Source: Candidatus Micrarchaeota archaeon (lineage in GTDB: Archaea > Micrarchaeota > Micrarchaeia > Anstonellales > Bilamarchaeaceae). Taken from it: a stretch of 64,000 bases of DNA. Of this stretch, positions 36,672 through 45,828 are shown one piece after another. Position 1 is the first letter of the stretch. Every line of letters starts with the position of its first letter. Where the stretch lies: NCBI GenBank assembly GCA_014727925.1, contig WJMN01000047.1, positions 41,833 through 105,832 of the forward strand, in the 5' to 3' direction. The translations under genes and the position numbers were made by a program. The notes beneath the pieces are model-generated. The model had not been told where the DNA came from, did not search any database, and saw nothing but the letters and a program-made list of their open reading frames with translations.

Positions 36672-37364
36672 ATGGCAAAGAAAAAGCCCTCTGCATGCAC
36701 TATCAGTTCACTGAAGAAAGAGGGAGAGCATTATCTTCTTACGCTGAAGTTTCCAAAGGGCTTCAGGTTCAAGGCGGGGCAGTTTGTCAAGCTCTATCTG
36801 GATTCCAAGCTCATCAGCTTTGAACCATTCTCCTTCTTTTCCGCGCCCGAAGAGAAGGAAACAATGTTCATGTTTAAGCCATCTTCACCATTCAAGCAGG
36901 CCCTTGCAGAAGAGAAGAAGGGCTCCAAGCTTTATTTTGAAGGCCCCTACGGGGATTTTACGATTCTCCCAAAGCCCTCCAGTTCCGTGCTTCTCTGCAA
37001 GGGCCTGGGGCTCATTCCCATCTCTTCAATCGGCAAGTCCCTTATTGAGAAGCGGAAGAAGCTGGAAATCCATCTTCTTTATGAGAACAGGAACCGCAAG
37101 GAGGTCCTGAATGAGAAGCGACTCAGGGAGTTTGACAATCACAAGCGGGTAAACATACTGATGACCATCCTGAATGAGCGCCCCATGGACTGGCCTGGAA
37201 AAGTGGGCCAGATTTCCAAGGATATGCTGAAGAGCTTTGTGCCTAAACCCCGCACAAAGGACTATTATATCTGCGGCCCCTCAACTTTTGTAAACCGCAT
37301 GAACACAATCCTCTCAGAGATGCGGGTTTCAAAGAAGAGGATAAAGTCCGAGCCCTGGGATTGA
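36672..37364 (+). CDS. FNR-like oxidoreductase FAD/NAD(P)-binding domain protein (degenerate FAD motif)
   Basis: Paralog of the next gene. NAD-binding YICGPSTFVNRM. The FAD-site RxYS is replaced by PFSFFSAP. Confidence 0.5.
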   Translation: MAKKKPSACTISSLKKEGEHYLLTLKFPKGFRFKAGQFVKLYLDSKLISFEPFSFFSAPEEKETMFMFKPSSPFKQALAEEKKGSKLYFEGPYGDFTILPKPSSSVLLCKGLGLIPISSIGKSLIEKRKKLEIHLLYENRNRKEVLNEKRLREFDNHKRVNILMTILNERPMDWPGKVGQISKDMLKSFVPKPRTKDYYICGPSTFVNRMNTILSEMRVSKKRIKSEPWD

Positions 37365-37406
37365 ACAGCTCTTTGGGCGGAAGCATAAAAAGAATGATGA
37401 TTAATA

Positions 37407-38147
37407 GTGGATAGAAAGGCCGTGCTTTCGCGTACCTGCCGGATGTTTGAAATGGAATCAAAGACGTATGTTGTAAAAAGCAACCGCGAGATTGCCGAGG
37501 GCATTGTTTCCCTGAAGCTTGCCCCCGAAGATGGGGAGCAGATAGCCTACACACCAGGCCAGTTCATGCTCCTTACTCTCCCCTCTGAAACAAAGCGCGC
37601 TTATTCAATTGCATCTTCTCCTGGCTCTGAACATCTTGAGTTTGCGATAAAGCTCGTAGATGGGGAATTTACCTCCCGAGTTCCCGGCCTTAAGGAAGGA
37701 GACAGGCTTATAGTGGAGGGTCCCCTAGGCCCGTTTATTTATGAGACCTGCGAGGAGTACGTGCTCATTGCAGGGGGAATAGGGATAACCCCCATGATTT
37801 CCATACTCAGAGACAGGGACGGAAAGTCCGAGTGCCAGAAGGCCATTCTTTTCTATTCTGCAAGGAGAAAGGAGGGGCTTGCGTTTTTTGATGAGCTCAG
37901 GGAGCTTGATTTGCGAAATGAAAACATACGCACGGTTTTTACCCTTAGCCGGGAAGAGCCTCCGGGCTGGGAGCATGAAACCGGGCACTTGGACGGGGAG
38001 ATGCTCAAAAAACACCTCAGCAGCCCGGAAAAGAAAAGGTATTTTGTATGCGGGCCTGCCCGGATGGTGGACGCTTTCCGCAAGCTCCTGCTTGAGGACC
38101 TGAATGTTCCTCAGGAGAACTGCACATTTGAAGGCTGGAATGTATAA
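37407..38147 (+). CDS. FNR-like oxidoreductase FAD/NAD(P)-binding domain protein
   Basis: RAYSIASSP (RxYS FAD motif), GGIGITP, YFVCGPARMVDAF NAD(P)-binding motif. No Fe-S cysteine cluster. Confidence 0.65.
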   Translation: MDRKAVLSRTCRMFEMESKTYVVKSNREIAEGIVSLKLAPEDGEQIAYTPGQFMLLTLPSETKRAYSIASSPGSEHLEFAIKLVDGEFTSRVPGLKEGDRLIVEGPLGPFIYETCEEYVLIAGGIGITPMISILRDRDGKSECQKAILFYSARRKEGLAFFDELRELDLRNENIRTVFTLSREEPPGWEHETGHLDGEMLKKHLSSPEKKRYFVCGPARMVDAFRKLLLEDLNVPQENCTFEGWNV

Positions 38148-38204
38148 TTTCATTTTACATTTGTGCCCTCTTTTATAAACTTTGCTGGTTATATGTAGAT
38201 ACTT

Positions 38205-38735
38205 ATGGTTTCAAAGCAAAAAGCTCCAAAGGAAGGAAAAGGCGGCGGAAGGGTTCTTCCCCGCACATGGTCACAAAATCCTTTTTTGAAGAAGGGCCCC
38301 CTCCACCGCATGTTTTATATGGGCAGGGAAACCCGCAGGCTTGTAAACGAAGGCGCTTCGCTTAAGAGGGAAGGCAATCTCGAGGGCGCATTTTCCAAAT
38401 TCCAGCTTGCAGCCTCCGGAGCATCAAATCCCGCGTTTTCTGCCGACCTGCATGAAATGGCAGGAGATATGATGCTAATGGTTTCCAGAAACCATTTTGA
38501 GGGTCTGAAAAGGAGTGCCAGCCTGGAAGCTGCAGCCGGAGAATACAAAAAAGCAGCAGCAAAGTGCAAGGATGCAGAGCCTGAAAGGGCAGCAAAATTG
38601 TATGGGATGGCAGGGGAATTTTTCCAGAAGCTAGGATTGCAGGCTCAGGCCAGAGAATGCTATTGCTTTGCTTCAGGCCTGACTAAACACCAACAATTCA
38701 AAAATTTCCTCAATGCGAGGTCTGATTCCCTCTAG
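38205..38735 (+). CDS. Hypothetical protein
   Basis: 176 aa, helical, no motif. Confidence 0.3.
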   Translation: MVSKQKAPKEGKGGGRVLPRTWSQNPFLKKGPLHRMFYMGRETRRLVNEGASLKREGNLEGAFSKFQLAASGASNPAFSADLHEMAGDMMLMVSRNHFEGLKRSASLEAAAGEYKKAAAKCKDAEPERAAKLYGMAGEFFQKLGLQAQARECYCFASGLTKHQQFKNFLNARSDSL

Positions 38736-38896
38736 CTTCTATCTCATGATTAGTGAAAAGAAATGGCTCAGTAGGGCATCAAATTTCGCCCTGGCCAAAT
38801 CCAGCCAGCACAGTAAAAATGGGAAAAGATGGGCTCTTTGCGCCTCCCCGCACAACTGCCGATAAGCGCGCAGATCTTTGAGCGCTTGTGTAATCC

Positions 38897-38905
38897 TTTT
38901 ATAAT
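38897..38905 (+). promoter_or_regulatory. TATA box for ppsA
   Basis: TTTTATAAT about 30 nt upstream of the ATG at 38936. GGTGA Shine-Dalgarno-like sequence 5 nt before the ATG. Confidence 0.45.
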
Positions 38906-38935
38906 TTGTCTTCATATTCTGGAACAGGTGAGTTC

Positions 38936-41299
38936 ATGAAAGATGTTCTTTGGTTTGAAGAATTAGACAAGGGCAGCCTTGCTGAGGCAGGGGGAAAAGG
39001 TGCAAACCTAGGAGAGATGCTGAAGGCAGGCTTTCCCGTGCCCCCGGGCTTTGTAACCACAAGCGGGGCTTATTTCAAGCACCTAGAGCAAAACGACCTC
39101 ACAGAAAAAATAACCGAAATGCTCTCCGGCCTGGATGTAGATGACACTGCAAAGCTTCAGGAAACCGCGGAGAGGATACAGGAATTGATTATTGAAGGGG
39201 AAACGCCCCCGGAACTTGAAGCCAAGATAAAAGAAAACTACCAGAAGCTCTGCCAGATGCGCGGAGAAGAAGAGGTTTATGTTGCGGTGCGCAGCTCTGC
39301 AACTGCAGAAGACCTTCCGGGCGCATCTTTTGCAGGGCAGCAGTCCACCTTCCTCAATATCCATGGCCCTGATGGGGTGGTGAAGGCAGTTAAGGAATGC
39401 TGGGCATCGCTTTTTACTGCCCGTGCAATATTCTACAGGGAGCAGAATGATTTTGATCATATGAAGGTGGGCCTTTCCGCGATAGTCCAGGAGATGGTCC
39501 AGAGCGAAAAGGCAGGAGTCATGTTCTCCGTAAACCCGGTAAGCAACAGGAGGAGCGAGCTGATGATTGAGGCTGCTTACGGGCTTGGCGAAGTTGTGGT
39601 TTCCGGCTCGGTAACACCTGATACTTATGTGGTGGACAAAGACAGCTTTGAAATCCTCAAAAAAGATATTGCGAAGCAGACATGGATGGTAATGAAGCAC
39701 AAGGGGGAGAATGCAAAAGCAGAGATAAAAGACGAGATGCAGGATAAGCAGAAACTGCCGGATGAAGATATTGTGGAGCTTGCGAAATTAGGGGTGAAGC
39801 TTGAGGAGCATTATGAATTTCCCCAGGATGCGGAGTGGGCATATGCGAATGGCGAAATTTACATCGTGCAGTCCCGCCCCATCACTACTCTTACTGAAGA
39901 AGAGCTTCCCGGGCCCTCTGAGCCGGAGGAGATGGAGGAAAAGGACGAGCCTTCGGAAGCAGAGGTTATGCTGCGCGGCTTGGGCTCATCCCCCGGATTC
40001 GGTACAGGAAAAGTCGCCCTGCTTGAAAGCGCAAAGGATATTTCCAAGATGCCTCAAGGGGCAATACTTGTTACGGACATGACCACACCCGATTTTGTCC
40101 CTGCAATGAAAAAGGCAGCTGCAATTGTTACAAACACGGGCGGAATGACTTCGCACGCAGCAATTGTGAGCAGGGAACTGGGAATTCCCTGTGTTGTGGG
40201 AACCCAGCGTGCCACGGATATGCTGAAGGAGGGCATGGATGTCACGGTTGATGGAACACATGGAATAATTTACAAGGGAAAAGTGGCACTCGGAGAGCCA
40301 AAGCCAGCAGGAGAGTCAGCGCCCGCACCCTCTGCTTATGAAGCCCCGGTAACAGGCACAAAGATTTACGTAAATCTTGCAGAAGCAGACCTTGCGGAAA
40401 AAACCGCCAAGCTCCCTGCAGATGGAATAGGGCTCCTCCGTGCAGAGTTCATGATTGCGGATATGGGTGAGCATCCCCGCAAGATGTATGAGGACGGAAG
40501 GGAAAACGAATTCATAAACAAGCTTGCAGAAGGGATGCGGCGCTTTGCATCTGCGTTCTATCCCCGCCCGGTTGTTTACCGCACCACCGATTTCAAGACC
40601 AACGAGTACCGCAACCTGAAGGGAGGGGGGGAATACGAGCCTGAAGAAGCAAACCCCATGATGGGATATCGCGGCGCGGCGCGCTACATAAACGAGCCAG
40701 AAGTTTTCAAGATGGAGCTCAAGGCAATCAAGAAGGTGCGCAATGAACTCGGCCTCACAAACCTCTGGATGATGGTGCCGTTTGTGCGCCGTATTGGCGA
40801 GCTCCGCGCAATCAAGGACATGATGCGCAAGGTTGAACTCTATCAGACCAAGGATTTCCAGCTCTGGATAATGGTTGAGGTTCCGAGCACAGTGATGCAG
40901 ATAGATGAGTTCTGCGAGGAAGGAATTGATGGGATTTCCGTAGGCACCAACGACCTGACTCAGCTGATGCTCGGCATAGACAGGGACAACGCAACCCTTG
41001 CAAAAGGCTTTGATGAGCGCAATAATGCAATCTACCGCGCGCTTGAGCGCGTAATCAAAACCACCCGCAAGTATGGGATTACATCCTCGCTTTGCGGGCA
41101 GGCCCCCAGCGTTTACCCCACGTTTGCGGAGAAACTCGTAGAATTTGGAATCACCTCTATGAGCGTGAACCCGGATGCGGTTGAGCGCACCAGGAAGATT
41201 GTGGCTTCGGCGGAGCAGAAAATGACCCTTAAGTATCTCCGGGACATACGCGAGGGAAACAGGTACAGCGGCCCTGAAGAAACCCGTGAGCGTGATTAG
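38936..41299 (+). CDS. ppsA: Phosphoenolpyruvate synthase
   Basis: N-terminal MKDVLWFEELDKGSLAEAGGKGANLGEM, phosphohistidine domain TNTGGMTSHAAIVSRELGIPCVVG, C-terminal PEP-utilising TIM barrel. The ORF-track TTG start at 38906 was replaced by the ATG at 38936. Confidence 0.95.
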   Translation: MKDVLWFEELDKGSLAEAGGKGANLGEMLKAGFPVPPGFVTTSGAYFKHLEQNDLTEKITEMLSGLDVDDTAKLQETAERIQELIIEGETPPELEAKIKENYQKLCQMRGEEEVYVAVRSSATAEDLPGASFAGQQSTFLNIHGPDGVVKAVKECWASLFTARAIFYREQNDFDHMKVGLSAIVQEMVQSEKAGVMFSVNPVSNRRSELMIEAAYGLGEVVVSGSVTPDTYVVDKDSFEILKKDIAKQTWMVMKHKGENAKAEIKDEMQDKQKLPDEDIVELAKLGVKLEEHYEFPQDAEWAYANGEIYIVQSRPITTLTEEELPGPSEPEEMEEKDEPSEAEVMLRGLGSSPGFGTGKVALLESAKDISKMPQGAILVTDMTTPDFVPAMKKAAAIVTNTGGMTSHAAIVSRELGIPCVVGTQRATDMLKEGMDVTVDGTHGIIYKGKVALGEPKPAGESAPAPSAYEAPVTGTKIYVNLAEADLAEKTAKLPADGIGLLRAEFMIADMGEHPRKMYEDGRENEFINKLAEGMRRFASAFYPRPVVYRTTDFKTNEYRNLKGGGEYEPEEANPMMGYRGAARYINEPEVFKMELKAIKKVRNELGLTNLWMMVPFVRRIGELRAIKDMMRKVELYQTKDFQLWIMVEVPSTVMQIDEFCEEGIDGISVGTNDLTQLMLGIDRDNATLAKGFDERNNAIYRALERVIKTTRKYGITSSLCGQAPSVYPTFAEKLVEFGITSMSVNPDAVERTRKIVASAEQKMTLKYLRDIREGNRYSGPEETRERD

Positions 41300-41406
41300 C
41301 CCCCTCTTTCTTCCTTTTTCTTCTTTCCAAACCGGATGTTCCCAGACCTCCTGATTCCCCCAAGCTATGTATATGCTTTTTTTTCTTTTCTATCCCTTTC
41401 AATAGT

Positions 41407-41578
41407 ATGAAAATCCTGCTGCAGTTTCCCGATCTGTTTCATCTTGCGATGAAATCTCGTGAAACTTTATACTGCAAAACAAGGGTGAGCCCATGAAAAT
41501 CCTGCTGCAGTTTCCCGATCTGTTTCATCTTGCGATGAAATCTCGTGAAACTTTATACTGCAAAACAAGGGTGAGCCC
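41407..41578 (+). repeat. Tandem direct repeat, 2 x 86 bp, duplicating the dph2 promoter plus the first 26 nt of dph2
   Basis: Units 41407-41492 and 41493-41578 are identical. Each starts with ATGAAAATCCTGCTGCAGTTTCCCGA (identical to the dph2 start at 41579) and contains a TTTATA box about 24 nt before the next ATG. Each unit encodes a 29-codon ORF (MKILLQFPDLFHLAMKSRETLYCKTRVSP) whose TGA overlaps the next ATG. Confidence 0.9.
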
Positions 41579-42490
41579 ATGAAAATCCTGCTGCAGTTTC
41601 CCGAAGGACTCAAGAAAAATGCACTTTCCGAAGCCCAAAAACTAGAAAAGGAAGGCCAGGAAGTTTACCTTTCCTCTTCTGCATGCTACGGAGCCTGTGA
41701 CCTCCCCATGGAAGAGGCATCAGCCTTGAATATAGACAAACTGATTCATTTTGGCCACTCCCAGTTTATACGCACGAGCCTTCCATTCCAGGTTGAATAC
41801 CGCGAATATTATGCACATCTAGATGTGGAAAAGCTGGAGGGCGCACTCTCCTTCCTTGAAGGAAAAGAGCGTATTGTGCTGGTAACAACAGTGCAGCACA
41901 TTCCCCAGCTGGAGCAGGTGAAATCCTTCCTGGAAAAAGAAGGCAAGGAAGTGCTCATTGGGAAGGGCTGCTTCACCGCGCACCCTGGCCAGGTTCTCGG
42001 GTGCGATCCAACCGCTGCAACATCTGTTTCTGAAAATGCAGATGCAATCCTTTATGTAGGCGATGGCAAATTCCACCCAACCGGAATCCACTCTGATCTC
42101 CCTGTATTCTCCCTCAATCCCTCTTCTGGGCAATGCAGGCAGGTAAATGATGAAATAGAGAAAATACGCAAAAGGAAGAAGGGCAGGATGCTCAAGGCCC
42201 TAGAGTGCAAGGTTTTCGCAGTTCTCCTTTCTACCAAGCCAGGGCAGTTCTGCCCGGAAGTTGCGCGTGAGGCAAAAAGGAAGCTCCAGGATGCAGGCTT
42301 TGCTGCAGAAATCCTTGTCTCAAATGAGTTCAACCCTGTTTCCATCGGGAATTTCCCCCAGTTTGAGTGCTACATAAACACTGCCTGCCCCCGCGTTGAT
42401 GAGGATTCCGAGCTTTTTGACAAGCCCATTATAAATGCAGTGGACCTGGATGAGTTCCTAGAGCTCTATAATGAATCCGGTTCTGGCTAA
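41579..42490 (+). CDS. dph2: Diphthamide biosynthesis enzyme Dph2 (2-(3-amino-3-carboxypropyl)histidine synthase)
   Basis: MKILLQFPEGLKK...SACYGACDLPMEEA...IHFGHSQF matches the archaeal Dph2 N-terminal region. 303 aa with the three conserved Cys-bearing segments. Confidence 0.85.
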   Translation: MKILLQFPEGLKKNALSEAQKLEKEGQEVYLSSSACYGACDLPMEEASALNIDKLIHFGHSQFIRTSLPFQVEYREYYAHLDVEKLEGALSFLEGKERIVLVTTVQHIPQLEQVKSFLEKEGKEVLIGKGCFTAHPGQVLGCDPTAATSVSENADAILYVGDGKFHPTGIHSDLPVFSLNPSSGQCRQVNDEIEKIRKRKKGRMLKALECKVFAVLLSTKPGQFCPEVAREAKRKLQDAGFAAEILVSNEFNPVSIGNFPQFECYINTACPRVDEDSELFDKPIINAVDLDEFLELYNESGSG

Positions 42491-42555
42491 ATTGTGTTTT
42501 TAAGTGTAAGAAAAAGATTTTTAAATAGTTTTGCACCCAATTATTTCCGGTTAAA

Positions 42556-43413
42556 ATGGGATTGATACTCAGTATCATAGACCACATCGAGCGTTTGGAG
42601 ATGGACCCTGCCTTAAGGGCAGAGAGGGGCCCGCGCACCCCTGAAGAACTCCGGCAGCATATTGCTGATTTTTCCAGGGGCTTGAACACACCCGAATTCT
42701 ACACCGCATGCACCCATTTCTACTCTATGCCAAGAGTTCAGGCAGTCCCCGCACTTATTTCAGCATTGGAAAACCTCCACCCAAAAATAAAACAGAGTGC
42801 CGCAGTTATGCTTAGCCTGTTTGATGCGCGAGAGGCAATCGGCCCAATAATTGGAATTTTTAAATCAGATGTTTTCACAGTAAGATATGCGGCAATCTGC
42901 ACGCTTTTCTGGTTTGGAAAAACAGCGATACCCAGCCTGTATAAAAACACCCTAAAAACAAAATCTTCAAAAATTGCAGTAGATTCACTGGCTACTCTCC
43001 TGGCCATTGCAGCATATGCCCCGCGTAGTTATAATGCCGGTTCCGAATGCCTTCTTAATGGAAATCCCCTAACAATTGCTGATCGAAGATCGACTGTGGA
43101 GCAGATGTCTTCCTGGATTATCCACGACCGCACAGTGGAAGCACAGGCTATTTTTTCAGAGGTTAATAGTGGCCCGCGCAAGGAATCTTCTTTTCTTAAT
43201 GTTCTAAAAAGGCACCTGGACGACGCACAACTGATTTTTATAGGAAAGCAGATAAACCGGGCCCTTGTGCCTGAGCCTGAAGAAAAACTGCCGAGACCCA
43301 GGGTGCTGAGGCCGGATTTTAAGCGCTCCAGAACGAGGATTCCGCGCAACCTTCCCAGGAAACAATCTTCTGCCCTGGCTTATCTGAGAAGAGGCCCAAC
43401 CAACAAAACTTAA
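42556..43413 (+). CDS. HEAT-repeat (PBS-lyase-like) protein
   Basis: Repeated helical hairpins (PALISALENLHPKIKQSAAVML..., VRYAAICTLFWFG...). Confidence 0.45.
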   Translation: MGLILSIIDHIERLEMDPALRAERGPRTPEELRQHIADFSRGLNTPEFYTACTHFYSMPRVQAVPALISALENLHPKIKQSAAVMLSLFDAREAIGPIIGIFKSDVFTVRYAAICTLFWFGKTAIPSLYKNTLKTKSSKIAVDSLATLLAIAAYAPRSYNAGSECLLNGNPLTIADRRSTVEQMSSWIIHDRTVEAQAIFSEVNSGPRKESSFLNVLKRHLDDAQLIFIGKQINRALVPEPEEKLPRPRVLRPDFKRSRTRIPRNLPRKQSSALAYLRRGPTNKT

Positions 43414-43451
43414 AAAAGCTCTTTGCCTAATTCCCCTCCAAGGGTGGAGTT

Positions 43452-44330
43452 ATGGAACCAATTACTAAAACATATCTGGACTTACCGTTAATCCACAAAG
43501 GCAAGGTCCGCGAAATGTATGATTATGAAGATGACAAAATCCTCATGGTTGCAACCGACCGCATAAGCGCATTTGATGTGGTTTTCAATGAAGGAATCCC
43601 CTACAAGGGCGCGGTGCTCTCCACACTCTCCAAGTTCTGGTTCGATAAAACAAAACACATTCTCCCCAACCACCTAATCACCACCCAGATGCCTGACACG
43701 CTTCCAAAATACCTCCAGGGCCGCGCAATGATTGTAAAGAAGGCAAAGCCCCTCAAAATTGAAGTAATTGTGCGCGGCTACCTCACTGGTAGCGGCTACA
43801 AGGACTACAGAAAAACAGGCTCGGTCTGCGGCATAGGCCTCTCTGAAGGAATGAATGACGGGGACAAGCTGCCCGAGCCTATTTTTACTCCTTCCACCAA
43901 GGCTGAAAAAGGCCATGATGTTAATATCACGGAAGGGGCAGCAGCAGAGATAATCGGGCAGGAACAACTGGCTCTTGTAAAGGAAAAATGCCTTGAGTTA
44001 TACAAGTTTGGGCACGAATACCTCCTTTCCCGTGGCCTGGTTCTTGCAGATACCAAGTTTGAGTTCGGAGAACTCCCGTCCGGGGAATTAATACTTATCG
44101 ATGAGGTGCTTACTCCGGACTCCTCCCGCTACTGGCCCCTGGACAAATACAAGCAGGGCCAGCTGGTTTCCCTGGACAAGCAGTATCTCCGCAACTACCT
44201 AGAAACCCTAGACTGGGACAAGACATATCCTCCCCCCGAGTTACCAAACCACGTAATTGAAGTTGTGAGCAACCTTTACCTGGATGTTTACGAGAAAATA
44301 ACCGGGCAGGAGTTTCCAACTGAAGAATGA
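43452..44330 (+). CDS. purC: Phosphoribosylaminoimidazole-succinocarboxamide (SAICAR) synthase
   Basis: LIHKGKVREMY...LMVATDRISAFDVV...KIEVIVRGYLTGS signature segments. Confidence 0.9.
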   Translation: MEPITKTYLDLPLIHKGKVREMYDYEDDKILMVATDRISAFDVVFNEGIPYKGAVLSTLSKFWFDKTKHILPNHLITTQMPDTLPKYLQGRAMIVKKAKPLKIEVIVRGYLTGSGYKDYRKTGSVCGIGLSEGMNDGDKLPEPIFTPSTKAEKGHDVNITEGAAAEIIGQEQLALVKEKCLELYKFGHEYLLSRGLVLADTKFEFGELPSGELILIDEVLTPDSSRYWPLDKYKQGQLVSLDKQYLRNYLETLDWDKTYPPPELPNHVIEVVSNLYLDVYEKITGQEFPTEE

Positions 44331-44340
44331 GAAATCCGTT

Positions 44341-44805
44341 TTATCCAAGGATTTTCTCAAGGCGGGAAAGTGCTCCCTGCCCCTCTCCCCTGTTCAGCCC
44401 AATCAGAAACCCAATGTGCACAAGTTCCTCCGCAGTGCGCATCTCCCCCTCGTTTTCCGCAAAGCTCGCCACCGCAAAGGGGACCTTGTACTTAAGACAC
44501 ATCCGGGCAAAGTTTCGCATTCGCTTAAGCACAGAAGCCCGCTTCCCCCTGCCTGTTTTGGTTATTTCAGAAAAGTCCAGCAGGAACAACGCGTTTTTCT
44601 CCTCAAAGCCCCGCACTAGCTCAAGGCTCATAGGGTACCCTGAAACTCTCACAAGAACGTTGCGGTTGCGGAGTTTCACTGCTTCCTTTTCGTTTTCTGC
44701 AAATACTATCCTTTCTTTTACAGAATTGAAAAAATAAGTTTTGGAAAACCCGTATTCCTCCGGGCTTTCGCATTCAAATTTCAGGATGTCAAAACAGCCT
44801 TTCAT
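44341..44805 (-). CDS. rnp3: RNase P protein component 3 (Rpp30), short form
   Basis: C-terminal LKYKVPFAVASFAENEGEMRTAEELVHIGFLIGL resembles the Rpp30 KY.VPIIISSGA.S..ELRSP region. Translationally coupled directly downstream of rpl15e, as in the archaeal exosome superoperon. Confidence 0.55.
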   Translation of the reverse strand: MKGCFDILKFECESPEEYGFSKTYFFNSVKERIVFAENEKEAVKLRNRNVLVRVSGYPMSLELVRGFEEKNALFLLDFSEITKTGRGKRASVLKRMRNFARMCLKYKVPFAVASFAENEGEMRTAEELVHIGFLIGLNRGEGQGALSRLEKILG

Positions 44806-45380
44806 CTTTTCCTGTACCTGCGGCTCTTATTCTGGTTCCTTTCTTTTTTGTTCTTGGAACCTTTCCTCTGTGCCTTCCTTCCTTTTGCCCTGAGGCCCCG
44901 TGTCTTTTTTCCTGAGCTGCTCATTCCGCGGTAGACCCGCCTTTTGTTTAGTTTCACTTCACTATTACGGCGGGTGTCAACTAGCAGGACCTCAAAGAAC
45001 TTGTAGTTTCCGTCCTCACCTGCGAGGTATGAGTTGAGCACTTCAAGGTTTGAGTATTTTCTGTTTGCCTTCTGCTCTGCTTGTGTCCTGAGGCTTGAGC
45101 CTGGCTGCACATAGAGGTAAGCATGCGCAGGCTTCCTTCCTTTGCCTGAGGTGCGCCTCCTTCTGCGTCCCTTGCCTACCCTTACTCTTGCAACTACGTA
45201 TCCCTCTTTGGCCTTGTATCCGAGGGTGCGTGCACGCACAAGATTAGATGGCCTCTCAACGCCATGCACAACAGGCCCCCGCCTCCAGCGGAAGATCTTG
45301 TCCTTGAGCAATGCGCTCCTTTCCCGGAGCTCTTCCTGGTATGTTTTTTTCATGTATTTGTATGCTCCCATAACATTCAC
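44802..45380 (-). CDS. rpl15e: 50S ribosomal protein L15e
   Basis: MGAYKYMKKTYQEE...RWRRGPVVHGVERPSNLVRARTLGYKAKEGYVVARVRV is the canonical L15e N-terminus. Confidence 0.93.
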   Translation of the reverse strand: MNVMGAYKYMKKTYQEELRERSALLKDKIFRWRRGPVVHGVERPSNLVRARTLGYKAKEGYVVARVRVGKGRRRRRTSGKGRKPAHAYLYVQPGSSLRTQAEQKANRKYSNLEVLNSYLAGEDGNYKFFEVLLVDTRRNSEVKLNKRRVYRGMSSSGKKTRGLRAKGRKAQRKGSKNKKERNQNKSRRYRKR

Positions 45381-45485
45381 CTATAGGGCAGTTCAGGATA
45401 CCACTCCCACATCCGGCCCGTGGAGTTTCTTTAAGACGAGATAGCTTTAAAAATAGTTATGTCTTAATTCTCATCCCTTAGCGGT

Positions 45486-45824
45486 GTGGTTATGGAGGAA
45501 AATGACGCTTCATTTATGAAAACAATAGAAGATGTTAAGTCCGCCGAGCAGAAGGCGGAAGAGCTAAGGGAGGATGCCCGCCAAAATGCCGAGAAAATCT
45601 CCCTCTCCGCAAAAAAGAAAGCTGAGGATATCCGGCTGGAAGGGGAAAAGAAGGCCCTTGAGCTCAAAGAAAAACAAATTTCAGAAGGCAAGAAGGCGAC
45701 TGAAAAAGAAGTAAAGAAAATACTTTCTTCAGCAGAGAAGAAAGCAGAACAAATAAAGGGCAAGAAGGTGAATTCCAAAGGGATTTCCAATCTTATGGAC
45801 AATTTTCTGAAGTCTTTCCAGTGA
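45486..45824 (+). CDS. atpH: A-type ATP synthase subunit H
   Basis: 112-aa Lys/Glu-rich coiled-coil protein at the head of the atpHIKECFABD operon. Confidence 0.65.
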   Translation: MVMEENDASFMKTIEDVKSAEQKAEELREDARQNAEKISLSAKKKAEDIRLEGEKKALELKEKQISEGKKATEKEVKKILSSAEKKAEQIKGKKVNSKGISNLMDNFLKSFQ

Positions 45825-45828
45825 TATC

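Noticed and set aside
38906-38935. TTG-initiated N-terminal extension of ppsA
   Set aside because: The TATA box at 38897-38905 overlaps this stretch, and the ATG at 38936 gives the canonical PpsA N-terminus preceded by a GGTGA ribosome-binding site.
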